DNA of 64,000 nucleotides, taken from positions 434,001-498,000 of the forward strand of contig NW_026782527.1 of NCBI RefSeq assembly GCF_031769215.1, given 5' to 3'. The position numbers were made by a program, and so were the translations under genes. Below the pieces are notes generated by a model that was not told the origin of the DNA, searched no databases, and saw only the letters and a program-made list of their open reading frames with translations. This DNA is from Ylistrum balloti (taxonomy: Eukaryota). The number at the start of each line of letters is the position of its first letter. Within the stretch, counting starts at the first letter, position 1. Shown here in pieces: positions 50,047 through 62,422 of the stretch.

Positions 50047-53000
50047 AACAATAACATCTGCCTACACACATGATAATAGACATGTGCTCATGGCTTCCTC
50101 ATTGCGATATTCACTGTGAAGGAGAATCAAATGAAACTTGTTAATTTCTTAACAGTCGAACTTGTGTTTCAAAATGTAATTATATTGTAATCGATATATT
50201 TTTCAATGTTCAAAACAGGCCACTGTCTTTAGTTGCTGTCGTGTTTCTAAACACTTTGTCCTGATTTTGGATGATACCGATTCAGAAAGTCTCCAATTAA
50301 GCATTTAATCTCGTTTTTGTCTATTTCACGAGTTGATGAATTGAGTGGCTCTTGAGACAAATTCAATGAACTGCAAAGTTGTTTTTTTCGACGTCTTCAA
50401 CAAATCAAAATTTTCAACACATTAAAATAATACAAAACATAATTAATTGTAATAATTGATTTTGTCAGTATATTTTAGAAATTATAAAAATTCTCAGAAA
50501 GCAACACAGAAGAATAACGTTTATACTGATTCCTTTGGTCATCTTCCACTTCACTTCAAACTTGGGGTCAGGCATTTTTAAATTGTCATGAATGTGTTTT
50601 GTGGCCTTTCTCAGGATCCTCTGCATCCATGTCATCAAGAACTTAGTCGAGAAGCGATTGTGTATCAAAATCGCTCTGTGTACGCTCATGCTCTTGTTCG
50701 GGATTTTTATTTTCAGGCAGTGGAAGGCTAAAGCATTTGTAGCAGAGGACAAGATCTGCAATATCTCAAGCTGATATAAATCATAGAAAACAGATCTTTT
50801 CTGTTGAAAATTACCATAATGTCATATATTAATTTATTTAGTAGTTGTTATATATGTTATTTATCCTTATCGATTTATATTATGCAAATCTGGAGCAAAT
50901 ACTTTTATTTAAAGTTTAGCATCAAATGTTTGTAAGGGTTTTCTCAAAAAAAAAAAAAAAAAAACCAATAGCTATGTAATGTGCATGCATACCTCTTTGG
51001 ACCGTTAATTTCTAAAATAAAATCCATGCACATTATGTAGGTGTTTACAGTACATGAGCTTTCTTAACTGGCATTCATGGGCACAAGAGTCTGATGTGAT
51101 GGAAGTATTAAAAATCTTCATTTAAAAAACCATAATGCTTAGAATAGTTTGAAGTTTGTCCTACAGTTATTAACAGTGAGGAACTATTAAAAGTTAAGTT
51201 TGTTCGCATAAATGTTAAAATCCTACCTACATGCTTTTGATCAAACTAGCTGGTAAGCCATCAAAATATTTCAATCAGCACCATTAAGTCAATAAAAGAT
51301 GTGCAGAAACCTGACAGAAACTTGTATCTTCTCTCAGAGCTTTTTATCTCAAGGTACAACTCTCATATGATTCTCATTGACATGAAAATTCTTGCCTGTT
51401 ATAAGACGACAGTGCATATAATAAACTCGTCAGCTGGATTACCTTTATGATATATTCTCGATGCTTCAGTGCCAAGTGCTGGTTCTGAGCTTTGCCAAGT
51501 TTGTAATGTCTTAATCTGGAAACGTATAGCACCATTATATCATTGTCCTGTAATATTAGCCAATACCATTCTTCCTGTCAGAAGTGAGGATGGCATCCTG
51601 GACATAGCAATGAGTAGTTCCTTCTTAAAATCTAATATTTTCCCTGCTTTTAATTAACAAAAGAAAAAAATTACTGATAAAATCAAAAACATAATGATTT
51701 TGTCTCTTGATTAAACATTAATTACAGTTTCAGCGGAAAATATTTCACCAAGACCATTAAATAGATAAGAAAAGTTTTGTACAGGCCTGTATAAGAGGTT
51801 TAAAGGGTATGTGAAGAACATTGGTTCTCTCTCCGTTCTCATACATACGAAATTCCTGTCGCTATTCCAAAACGACAGTGGTATGTACATGCATATAATT
51901 TACTCGTCAACTGGAATATCTGTATGATACATTCTTCACACTCCCATGCCATGTGCTGGTTCTGAGATTTGGTTTCAACAACCACACAACATATTAGATC
52001 TTGGTGGAGTGGAAGGCAGTATATTGCAGCAAATAATATCTAACTGCTTTTTATTCTCTGGAAAGGCATTATTTTATTAAAGCGTATTGGTATACAAACT
52101 TTAGCTCTCCTGAGCAGGACAAGAGAGCTTGCATTCCCTTTAAATGATTTCTTCCCATAATGAAAACACCAAGAATTATATTTGGCTGATAGGTTCCTTG
52201 GATAAAACTCAGCAAAGTTTTGGAAATGACCTACCAGTAAACACATAATTAAGGTTGTAAGGGTCAAATTCATAGAAGTCTTCAAACAACTTCTTCTGAC
52301 AAACCAAGATGTGTAGAATTATGTTATGTGACTGAAAGGTTTGTGGAACGAAGCCCAACAAAGTTCATGACTATGACCCACAGTCAAGGTCCCAGAGATC
52401 AACTCTGTTAAAACCTCCAAATGACTTCTTCTCATTAACCGAGGCTTGAATGTCAATGATGTGAAATGTTAATGTATTTGTGAAAACCATTGAATACTAG
52501 ATCAGCAACGCAGGCTCTCTTGTTTTTAACTTTGAATTGTTGTTGCTCAATGTTTGATATACATACATGTAACTTACAATGGATGTCGCCACAAACAGTT
52601 TTTTAATCTCTCTTTTAATCTAAATATTTCAACTACAAATAGATATCAATATCTAAATAAGGGAAATATATCTTGAAGACTTCATTATTTCATGGGCAAA
52701 AGGTCCTATATCTATCATTAATCTTTATAGCATTAATCAATGGTTAGATGTTAGATTGGTTTGATATGTTTAAAGGAAAAGAATTTGGTAAAAGCAAAAT
52801 TTATCAAACCAAGATGGAAGTACAAGATATTGGACTGCATGATCTCAGTGGTTAGAATATTGAATTGATAAAGAAATCAGATTGAAAATTTTATCTCTTG
52901 AAGATGCCTGAGTTTATGTTTCAAAGGAAGGTAGGATAATTGAAGATAATAGAAATGAACATCTCTTATTTCTATTTTTTTTTTCAAAAACTCCTAGCTG

Positions 53001-55655
53001 TTAGCCTGCAAGACCATACAATATGTATCGACAATATCAAATATTCCTATAGATATGTATATATACTTAAAGCTTCTGCTACATAAATGAAGTTAAGTTT
53101 TTCATCAAGATGACTGTACTTCCGGTGAGTCTGCATAATGTGATGAAATTGGACAGAAAGCAAGAGTTATGTCCTCTTGGATTAACGTGCAGCCATAGTG
53201 TATATAATGTGTAATTTGTTTTGTCTGTTTCTGGGAGGTAGCTCCTATTCTGCTTCAAGCATGTCTTCTTTATAATATATGTTGTCTCCACAAAGACTAA
53301 GAATTTTGTTTGTGTTCTTCCGTGGCTTAGCTTATCGCACATCTGTTATGACAAAGCAACAGTTCCAATTAGCCATCCACCTTTTGCCAATTCATTTAGG
53401 AGTAGGTGGTTTGTATTTGTGAGATTTAGGATTTTCTGTGTGAAACTACTGTGTTAATTAATGATTTAACATTGCTCTGTCATGATCTTAAGGTATACTG
53501 ACTTAGACTTAAAATCCTCATCCCTGATTTCTGATCAAAATTGGTTGCACATGAATCTTATGTTTTGGAAGGTTTCTTGCCATTTTGACATCTTCATTGT
53601 GAAGTGTGTATGAAGAGTATACATGTGATGGGAGAGAATCTCACACGTCAGCTGTAGATACGGAAAATACTTACATATACGTAATTAGCACCGACAGAAT
53701 AGCTGTACTACAGAAAAGAAGTTGTCGGAATTCCGAAGGTCTTTGAACTGCAACAGCTAGACTTGTTAACTTATTCTTGTAGAACTGTTGTACTCGTATG
53801 TGTATAGAATAATTATCAAAAAGCTTGTACACATGTAAGGAAACTTTTTACATTATAAAACCAGCAATACATGTCCAAAAATCAAGACTTCATGTCAGGG
53901 AATTTCTTTCCTTGTGAACCGTCACTATGGTAATACTTAAGAACTTGTTTCAGACTCTTAAATCTCAAAGTTTGTCTTTAATCTTTGCTACATGTCAGAT
54001 TTTTTATTGACTTATTTTACTTATTAAAGGAACATCACAATAAAACCTTTTTTTTTCCTGATGTTTTTGTTATTACTGCGTATATATTTATCAAGTGTAT
54101 CACTTTAAGAACGGTAATGGATGGTTTTCGCTGAAATATGTTCACAAAAATGTTAAAAATTATAAAAATAAAATTCTCATCATGTATGATATCACACACC
54201 ACACCATATCAGTAAACAAGAATGGCTTCCCAATTAAATTGGTCGCAGTTGAAAAATGTTACCTTGTCAACCACAGAATGAAGGATATGGTCAAATGGCC
54301 AGAGGAAAACCTCAGACTTTAGGCGGGGAAGCTTACCATGGCAGAAGGGATCTTATCAGATAAGAATTGGATAGTGTACACATTCTGCTGGATTGACTGA
54401 CAAAATTAAAGCTTTGCGTTGTAGCTATACAACTAGATATAAACAATGCCTGTTTATGTCACTTTTTTCGTAATCTGAATGAAATTTGTGTTAGTATATA
54501 ATGTTTTCTCTACAAATTTTGTGTGCTGAAAAACAGGTGATTTCTTACTGTATCAGTACATTTCTCTCCGATATCACATGTGTTCATGTATACAAATGAT
54601 CTGCCTCTCTTGATATACTGTCACAAACTGTGAATATCAAGATAGCTTATAGACGTGTAACTTGAAGTGTAAGAAACACACACAATCAATAAAGAGAATA
54701 ACATTTTAACTGTGATGTCCCTTTAAATCTCCTGGAAATCACATTGATATACTCACTACAAACAGGTTTCCTTGACTATTTTTGTATAATCATACGATAT
54801 ATTTATGTACTATTTTTGTATTCATATAAGCAAGTGTGAACACTTATAGTTGTCGCTGAAAAATGGATAGAAAATCATATTAAAGGTCTATAGAACTACA
54901 GTATTAGAGAAAAGAAATTCGCAAGTTTTAGTCCTAGTTAAGACTATAAACGAGTCTCCCTTACAGAAAAAATCTACAATATCATAAATTTTACATTTGC
55001 ATTGCATCCTATAAAACCTACTCACAAATTGAGGAACCTCATTCTCGTATAAATCTCTTTGAAATGTGGGAGACCACCTGACAAGTTTCTCCTCTTACAT
55101 GAAGATGGAAATAAAATTATTTGGTTTGGTTGAGACGTGGAAGAGTCTTTGTCAGGCTGAGAGAGAACGGACTTCATGGTCATAGACGTTAGATGGTAAC
55201 TGAAACACCACTTACTCTTAGTATATATTTTAGAATCCATTAAAGCAATAAAATTGTTTAGAATTCTTTCCAATCTTTTCTGTGAAGGATAATGAGATTT
55301 TTTGCACAACCATTAATGGAACACTTTTTTTTTATATGTGTTAGGTTCCATCTTTATTGCATTAAATTAAACAAAATAAGAAATTCAAATATCCTCTTCA
55401 CTTTAACAAGAAATAGAAATGAGAAAGTCTAGAATTATAATTAATGGGAGGTAACTATTAAAAAAGATATGCAATCCTTCACAATTATATCTGGTGTACA
55501 ATGTAGCCATACCTTTGATCTTGGTTCCTTCCTAAAACTACATTTATTCTTACCTAGCTCCATTGTAACACTTTAATAGTTATTTTGACTTCGACACTCT
55601 GATATTGCAAGTTACAATTTTTTACCTATAAAGATTACCAGCTATACAGGTATAA

Positions 55656-56092
55656 TGACCTTGACATTCTCATAATACCAGTTATTTTAACCTTGACTCT
55701 TGTAAAAGCAGTTATTTTGACCTAGACTCTCTTGTAATACCACAGTTATTTTGACCTGTACTCTCTTGTAATACCAAAGTTGTTTTGACCTGTACTCTCT
55801 TGTAATACCACAATTGTCTTGACCTTTACTCTCTTGTAATACCAAAGTTGTTTTGACCTGTACTCTCTTGTAATACCACAGTTGTTTTGACCTGTACTCT
55901 CTTGTAATACCACAATTGTTTTGACCTGTACTCTCTTGTAATACCACAGTTATTTTGACCTTTACTCTCTTGTAATACCACAATTGTTTTGACCTGTACT
56001 CTCTTGTAATACTACAGTTGTTTTGACCTGTACTCTCTTGTAATACCACAATTGTTTTGACCTATACTCTCTTGTAATACCTCAGTTATTTT
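55656..56092. repeat. Minisatellite, 34-bp unit TTTTGACCTGTACTCTCTTGTAATACCACAGTTG, about 13 copies
   Basis: Directly visible. Two detached copies lie at 56729-56800. Confidence 0.95.
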
Positions 56093-57856
56093 TGGTAGCA
56101 GTAAACAGTTAATTTGCATTTTTCCTGAAATTATTTGTCATGTTTGAGATATACAGGTATAGCAGATTGGTTATGAAAAATACATCATTACATGTATATA
56201 TATTTATAAACTGTATAACAATTACATTAACAGTAGAGAGATGAAATTTGTGTAAAAAAAAAAATTCCTCTGATTTCTGACATTTGATTGTCATGGTTAC
56301 CTACTGAATGCAAAAATACTGCTAATTCCAATCCAACACTACAACTTTCTAGGAGAAATTTAATTCTAATCACCTATCTTACAATCAACAACACTGTCAT
56401 GGTAACAAAGTACTTACATTTCAGCAAATTCCAACTCGGAAATTCTTCATAACATGACCACATGTAAACACTATGAAAATTTCACTTCCTGTAAAGCTAG
56501 TTTTTGGTGCATAGACACAGATTCGAGACTGCCCAAATAGTAATCTCCAACACAAAGCTAAAATATTATCCTGAAAAAAATGAAACCCCACATTGTCCAC
56601 TTTAACATGACAGGACCAATTTTAGCAAGGATTTTTTTTTTCATTTGTAATTAAAACCTTTATAATGGGGTAATCTAATGAGCAAAAAAATCACCCATGG
56701 CCACACCGAGAAACTGTGTACTGCTACCTTGACCTTTACTCTCTTGTAATACTACAGTTGCTTTGACCTTGACTCCCTTGTAATGCTACAATTATCTTGA
56801 TAACACAATGTCACAAACATTTCTTATGCACTGTCTGCCATATACATATTTTAGATACCATAGTAGGTCAAGGTTAGCATAAACATTTAAATGTGAAATA
56901 TTCCAATCTCCATTATCCAGTTTTGTTTTCTTTACACATTTCATTCCCAAATAAATGCTACCTATGAGAGTTGTACAACTGAAGTCTAGGAAAAAAGTAG
57001 CAGGCACCATGTTTATCCTGCAATAAAGCCAGGATGTGTGATTATCACTTGAAAATGGAATGATTTGTATGATTTCATTGAATTGCAATTGACATGGCTG
57101 GGCTTATTACCAGTGATTGGTTTATTAATGGTTAAAAAGTATCAATAGTGCCAACATGATACTGGTCAGATTACACAGTAATCCAATTGAAGAAGTCCAA
57201 CTGTACATTTGTCCCTTTGTAAAATTTCATTGTGTTAAAAAGTTTTTTCTTCAAGATGAACATATTGAAGATGAATATTTTGATTCTTCTAACTTAAAGT
57301 GAAGTATTGAGCACGAGGGAACAGAACATACAGTTTTCGTTCAGGTAATAGCATCCACTCTTTCACAGAGATGGGACTTTATTAACCATATCTGTATGTC
57401 CGCTAATTCCTGTAGGCTTTTATCATAACTAATGATAATGGAGTCAGAGGTTAGGAACACAAGTGGCATTGCCTGGGCTTCAGTTGTATTTTGTGTTTGT
57501 GCCAACATAAATGAAGACAATTTTGCTTGCGTAAGAGAAATCATTATCCTGCTATTAGTGAAAAAAACAGGGGGGGCCAAGAAAGCAGATATTTCATGTC
57601 AGTGTTTGCTAAGGGAGATAATTGGCAGCCATTTTATGTGTGTGCTTGAATCAAGAATGTCCCTCCAAGGAACTTTGTCTGATAATTCACAAGCACTTGG
57701 CATCTCCTGTTACACAAATGATGATGTTTTAAACGTAAGAACCAACATCCAATGTTTCCCAAGAGAACAAAGCATTCCTTCGACATACTTTCAGTGTAAC
57801 ACACATACATTTTTGTTTATCTTACTAAGCCAAGCTTTGGATGTCTCTGAACCAGT

Positions 57857-59207
57857 GAGTACCTCATAATATTGGGGTGTTTTTACCCTCCTTTAGAATA
57901 CCACACAGGCAGAATTTGTCTTTACTATTACAATATTGGGGTGTTTTTACCTTGTATAGAGTACCACACAGACTGTCTTTACTATTACAATATTGGGGTG
58001 TTTTTACCTTGTATAGAGNNNNNNNNNNNNNNNNNNNNNNNNNNNNNNNNNNNNNNNNNNNNNNNNNNNNNNNNNNNNNNNNNNNNNNNNNNNNNNNNNN
58101 NNNNNNNNNNNNNNNNNNNNNNNNNNNNNNNNNNNNNNNNNNNNNNNNNNNNNNNNNNNNNNNNNNNNNNNNNNNNNNNNNNNNNNNNNNNNNNNNNNNN
58201 NNNNNNNNNNNNNNNNNNNNNNNNNNNNNNNNNNNNNNNNNNNNNNNNNNNNNNNNNNNNNNNNNNNNNNNNNNNNNNNNNNNNNNNNNNNNNNTTTTAC
58301 CTTGGTACCACACACAGACTGTCTTTATCATCACAATATTGTGTTTTTACCTTGTATAGAGTACCATACAGACTGTCTTTATCATCACAATATTGGGGTG
58401 TTTTTACCTTGTATAGAGTACCACACAGACTGTCTTTATCATCACAATATTGGGGTGTTTTTACCTTGTATACACACACACACACACAGTCTTTACTATA
58501 GACCTTGTATAGAGTACCACACAGACTGTCTTTACTATCACAATATTGGGGTGTTTTTACCTTGTATAGAGTACCACACACAGACTGTCTTTACTATCAC
58601 AATATTGGGGTGTTTTTACCTTGTATAGAGTACCACACACAGACTGTCTTTACTATCACAATATTGGGGTGTTGTTACCTTGTATAGAGTACCACACAGA
58701 CTGTCTTTATCATCACAATATTGGGGTGTTTTTACCTTGTATAGAGTACCACACAGACTGTCTTTATCATCACAATATTGGGGTGTTTTTACCTTGTATA
58801 GAGTACCACACAGACTGTCTTTATCATCACAATATTGGAGTGTTTTTACCTTGTATAGAGTACCACACACAGACTGTCTTTACTATCACAATATTGGGGT
58901 GTTTTTACCTTGTATAGAGTACCACACAGACTGTCTTTACTATCACAATATTGGGGTGTTTTTACCTTGTATAGAGTACCACACACAGACTGTCTTTACT
59001 ATCACAATATTGGGGTGTTTTTACCTTGTATAGAGTACCACACACAGACTGTCTTTACTATCACAATATTGGGGTGTTTTTACCTTGTATAGAGTACCAC
59101 ACAGACTGTCTTTACTATCACAATATTGGGGTGTTTTTACCTTGTATAGAGTACCACACACAGACTGAATTTGTCTTTACCATCACAATATTGAAGTGTT
59201 TTTATCT
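57857..59207. repeat. Minisatellite, 57/59-bp unit (TCACAATATTGGGGTGTTTTTACCTTGTATAGAGTACCACACAGACTGTCTTTACTA), spanning an assembly gap
   Basis: Directly visible on both sides of the N run. Confidence 0.96.
58019..58294. other. Assembly gap (276 N) inside a tandem array
   Basis: Run of N, so the true array length is unknown. Confidence 0.99.
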
Positions 59208-59271
59208 TCACCATAATTTAGAGTATCACACAAGATGTGTGAGCATCGTTATTATTTAGAGTATCAGAGAG

Positions 59272-60660
59272 GCTGTGGATGTCTTCACCATCTTGTTGAG
59301 TACAACACAGACTGTGTGTGTCTTCACCATCTTGTTGAGTATAACACAGACTGTCATTATCATAATTTAGAGTATTGTAGACTGTGTGTGTCTTCACCAT
59401 CTTGTTGAGTATAACACAGACTGTGTGTGTCTTCACCATCTTGTTGAGTATAACACAGACTGTCATTATCATAATTTAGAGTATTGTAGACTGTGTGTGT
59501 CTTCACCATCTTGTTGAGTATAACACAGACTGTGTGTGTCTTCACCATCTTGTTGAGTATAACACAGACTGTGTGTGTCTTCACCATCTTGTTGAGTATC
59601 ATTATCATAATTTAGAGTATTGTAGACTGTGTGTGTCTTCACCATCTTGTTGAGTATAACACAGACTGTGTGTGTCTTCACCATCTTGTTGAGTATAACA
59701 CAGACTGTGTGTGTCTTCACCATCTTGTTGAGTATAACACAGACTGTCATTATCATAATTTAGAGTATTGTAGACTGTGTGTGTCTTCACCATCTTGTTG
59801 AGTATAACACAGACTGTCATTATCATAATTTAGAGTATTGTAGACTGTGTGTGTCTTCACCATCTTGTTGAGTATAACACAGACTGTGTGTGTCTTCACC
59901 ATCTTGTTGAGTATAACACAGACACCATCTTGTTGAGTATAACACAGACTGTCATTATCATAATAGAGTATTGTAGACTGTGTGTGTCTTCACCATCTTG
60001 TTGAGTATAACACAGACTGTGTGTGTCTTCACCATCTTGTTGAGTATAACACAGACTGTGTGTTTCTTCACCATCTTGTTGAGTATAACACAGACTGTGT
60101 GTTTCTTCACCATCTTGTTGAGTATAACACAGACTGTGTGTTTCTTCACCATCTTGTTGAGTATAACACAGACTGTGTGTTTCTTCACCATCTTGTTGAG
60201 TATAACACAGACTGTGTGTGTCTTCACCATCTTGTTGAGTATAACACAGACTGTGTGTGTCTTCACCATCTTGTTGAGTACAACACAGACTGTGTGTGTC
60301 TTCACCATCTTGTTGAGTACAACACAGACTGTGTGTGTCTTCACCATCTTGTTGAGTACAACACAGACTGTGTGTGTCTTCACCATCTTGTTGAGTATAA
60401 CACAGACTGTGTGTGTCTTCACCTTCTTGTTGAGTACAACACAGACTGTGTGTGTCTTCACCATCTTGTTGAGTATAACACAGACTGTGTGTGTCTTCAC
60501 CATCTTGTTGAGTATAACACAGACTGTCATTATCATAATTTAGAGTATTGTAGACTGTGTGTGTCTTCACCATCTTGTTGAGTACAACACAGACTGTCAT
60601 TATCATAATTTAGAGTATTGTAGGCTGTGTGTGTCTTCACCATCATTTAGAATAACACAC
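59272..60660. repeat. Minisatellite, 39-bp unit CACAGACTGTGTGTGTCTTCACCATCTTGTTGAGTATAA, with a periodic ~34-bp insert
   Basis: Directly visible. It explains the 13-aa-periodic ORFs on both strands. Confidence 0.97.
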
Positions 60661-62224
60661 ATCTTTTCATATAATATTTTACATGTAGTTTTCATCACAT
60701 AACAATCTGAAAACTGTTAATCTGATGAAATATATTGTATTATAAGTTTTACAATATAGCTGAGAAACACCAAATTACATAAAGCAGACTTCACATGATG
60801 ATACCATCAGTAAAGCACTGCTCTAACACTTTCAGGACAGTATGGATGGTGTTCCATTCTTGAACAGATCTATGTGACATTTTTATTAATATCTATGTAA
60901 GCTAGGCAGGTACACAATTTGGGAAGCTCCTGCACTTCCCTGCTGTTAGTGTCAGCCCTCCACAGTTAATCAGTATACAGTGTGGTCTGGGTTTAACTGT
61001 TGATTCCTCCTGCACAAAGACTGTGAGCTGAGGAAGTTGACTTAGTAAATTAGTTTTTTGTCCAAAGAAGAAATGGAGTAACTTGGTCATGAGTAGAACA
61101 CTGGACTTTCCTGTTATCTGAATTAAAGGTCTGAGTTGTATTGTTTTCTCATCAGAGGTCAGGGTCATTTTCAGGAGGAATCCCCTTATAGTACTTATGG
61201 CTACCTCACTGAACATCATGCTGGAAGTCCACTGCATGGTTTCCATTACATTTTTGGTAATGTGTTTTGCCTTTTGAAACAATCATGACAGTACTTGACA
61301 ACCTGTGATCCAAATTTTCATAGAAACACACCATTGTGTGAAACTATATTAGTTTTCAATTTTGATAAGGGATCTACATTAATATCTACCTATCAGATGT
61401 GTTGTTAATGAAGGACAAGACCCCTATTGGTTCATCACAAATTTAATTATCAGCTACTTATTTAATATATATTGAATCCATAAGCAATGAACACCCTCAT
61501 TGTTCCATACATTCAGATTGTAATCTGTGAAAACCTTCACTTAGATGTAGATAAATTGAATGAATAATGATCACAAAAGTATTAGAAACTATCACTGAAT
61601 CTTCCAACTTGTCTCCCCGCACAGGTCCCGGCTTAAACTGGCGATATTGATTAAATGTTAGAACAATGCAAACTTCCTGAGGGGTCCATGGACTCAGGAG
61701 TGATCCCCGAAGAAAAAGTTCACAGAAAGGTCACTGAAAGGTCTTTGCCATGTACAAAATCAATAAATATTGGAGAATAGAAGATTAACTTTTGACCAAA
61801 CATAATTATATACCTACCCACATGATTTTTTTTCTTTCCTTCTGGGATTTTTTCTTCAACAAAACACAATTTCGATTTAATTTGTTTTTTTTCCAAGGTG
61901 ATAGAGGTCACTTGTGGTACATAGTTATCGTAGAAATGAGATTTATCACATTTTCTCTAGAGAAATAGCCGATTTATAAATTGGCTATCTTCACCTGAGA
62001 TAAAAGTGTTTGTTAGTTGTGGTGTCAGTATCATGAAACATACAACTTTGATGTCCGTTTATTGTTCAGGGAAATGAAATTCATGTGTCACATTTTTTGT
62101 TTGTTTCATGACTGTGAAAGTTTTATTGATACTCTTTTGGTCATGTTATAAAAAAGTTAATCTCCAAAGACAAAATTCTAGACAAGAAACAATATTTTTT
62201 GTGTTAGCTTGAATTTTTTTTTTT

Positions 62225-62422
62225 TAAGAATTAAGCAATCGCAACAAGCTAAGGGTTCCGAGATGATAATTTATTATATTAGTAATTTTAGTACTTTAGG
62301 GATAAATTTTACAGAGAATGTTGTCCTGAACGAGCCCATATGTTGCGGGCGAAACCGGTAGACAATATAATAAATTATCATCTCGGAACCCTTAGCTTGT
62401 TGCGATTGCTTCTTAATTCTTA
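62225..62422. repeat. Long inverted repeat: ~56-bp arms (62225-62280 and 62364-62422) with an 83-bp spacer
   Basis: The arms are exact reverse complements except for a 3-bp indel. Confidence 0.97.
62318..62368 (+). ncRNA. Minimal type-I hammerhead-ribozyme-like motif (Penelope-like element type)
   Basis: Helix I AUGUUGUC/GACAAUAU, core CUGAACGA, helix II GCCC/GGGC, GAAA, palindromic helix III ACCGGU, cleavage triplet GUA. The core has one extra nt relative to CUGANGA. Confidence 0.6.

Noticed and set aside
52085-52145. WYTNFSSPEQ as the MOCOS FSSPE segment
   Set aside because: The flanking residues do not match, a stop follows, and there is no FEDG or RTGCFCN nearby.
57432-57869. 145-aa + ORF as a MOCOS exon or nested gene
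   Set aside because: No similarity to the MOCOS C-terminal region that I can recognise, and it runs into a tandem array.
57864-60606. Long repetitive ORFs (up to 236 aa) as protein-coding genes
   Set aside because: They arise from stop-free 39- and 57-bp units and from N runs, and are open on both strands.
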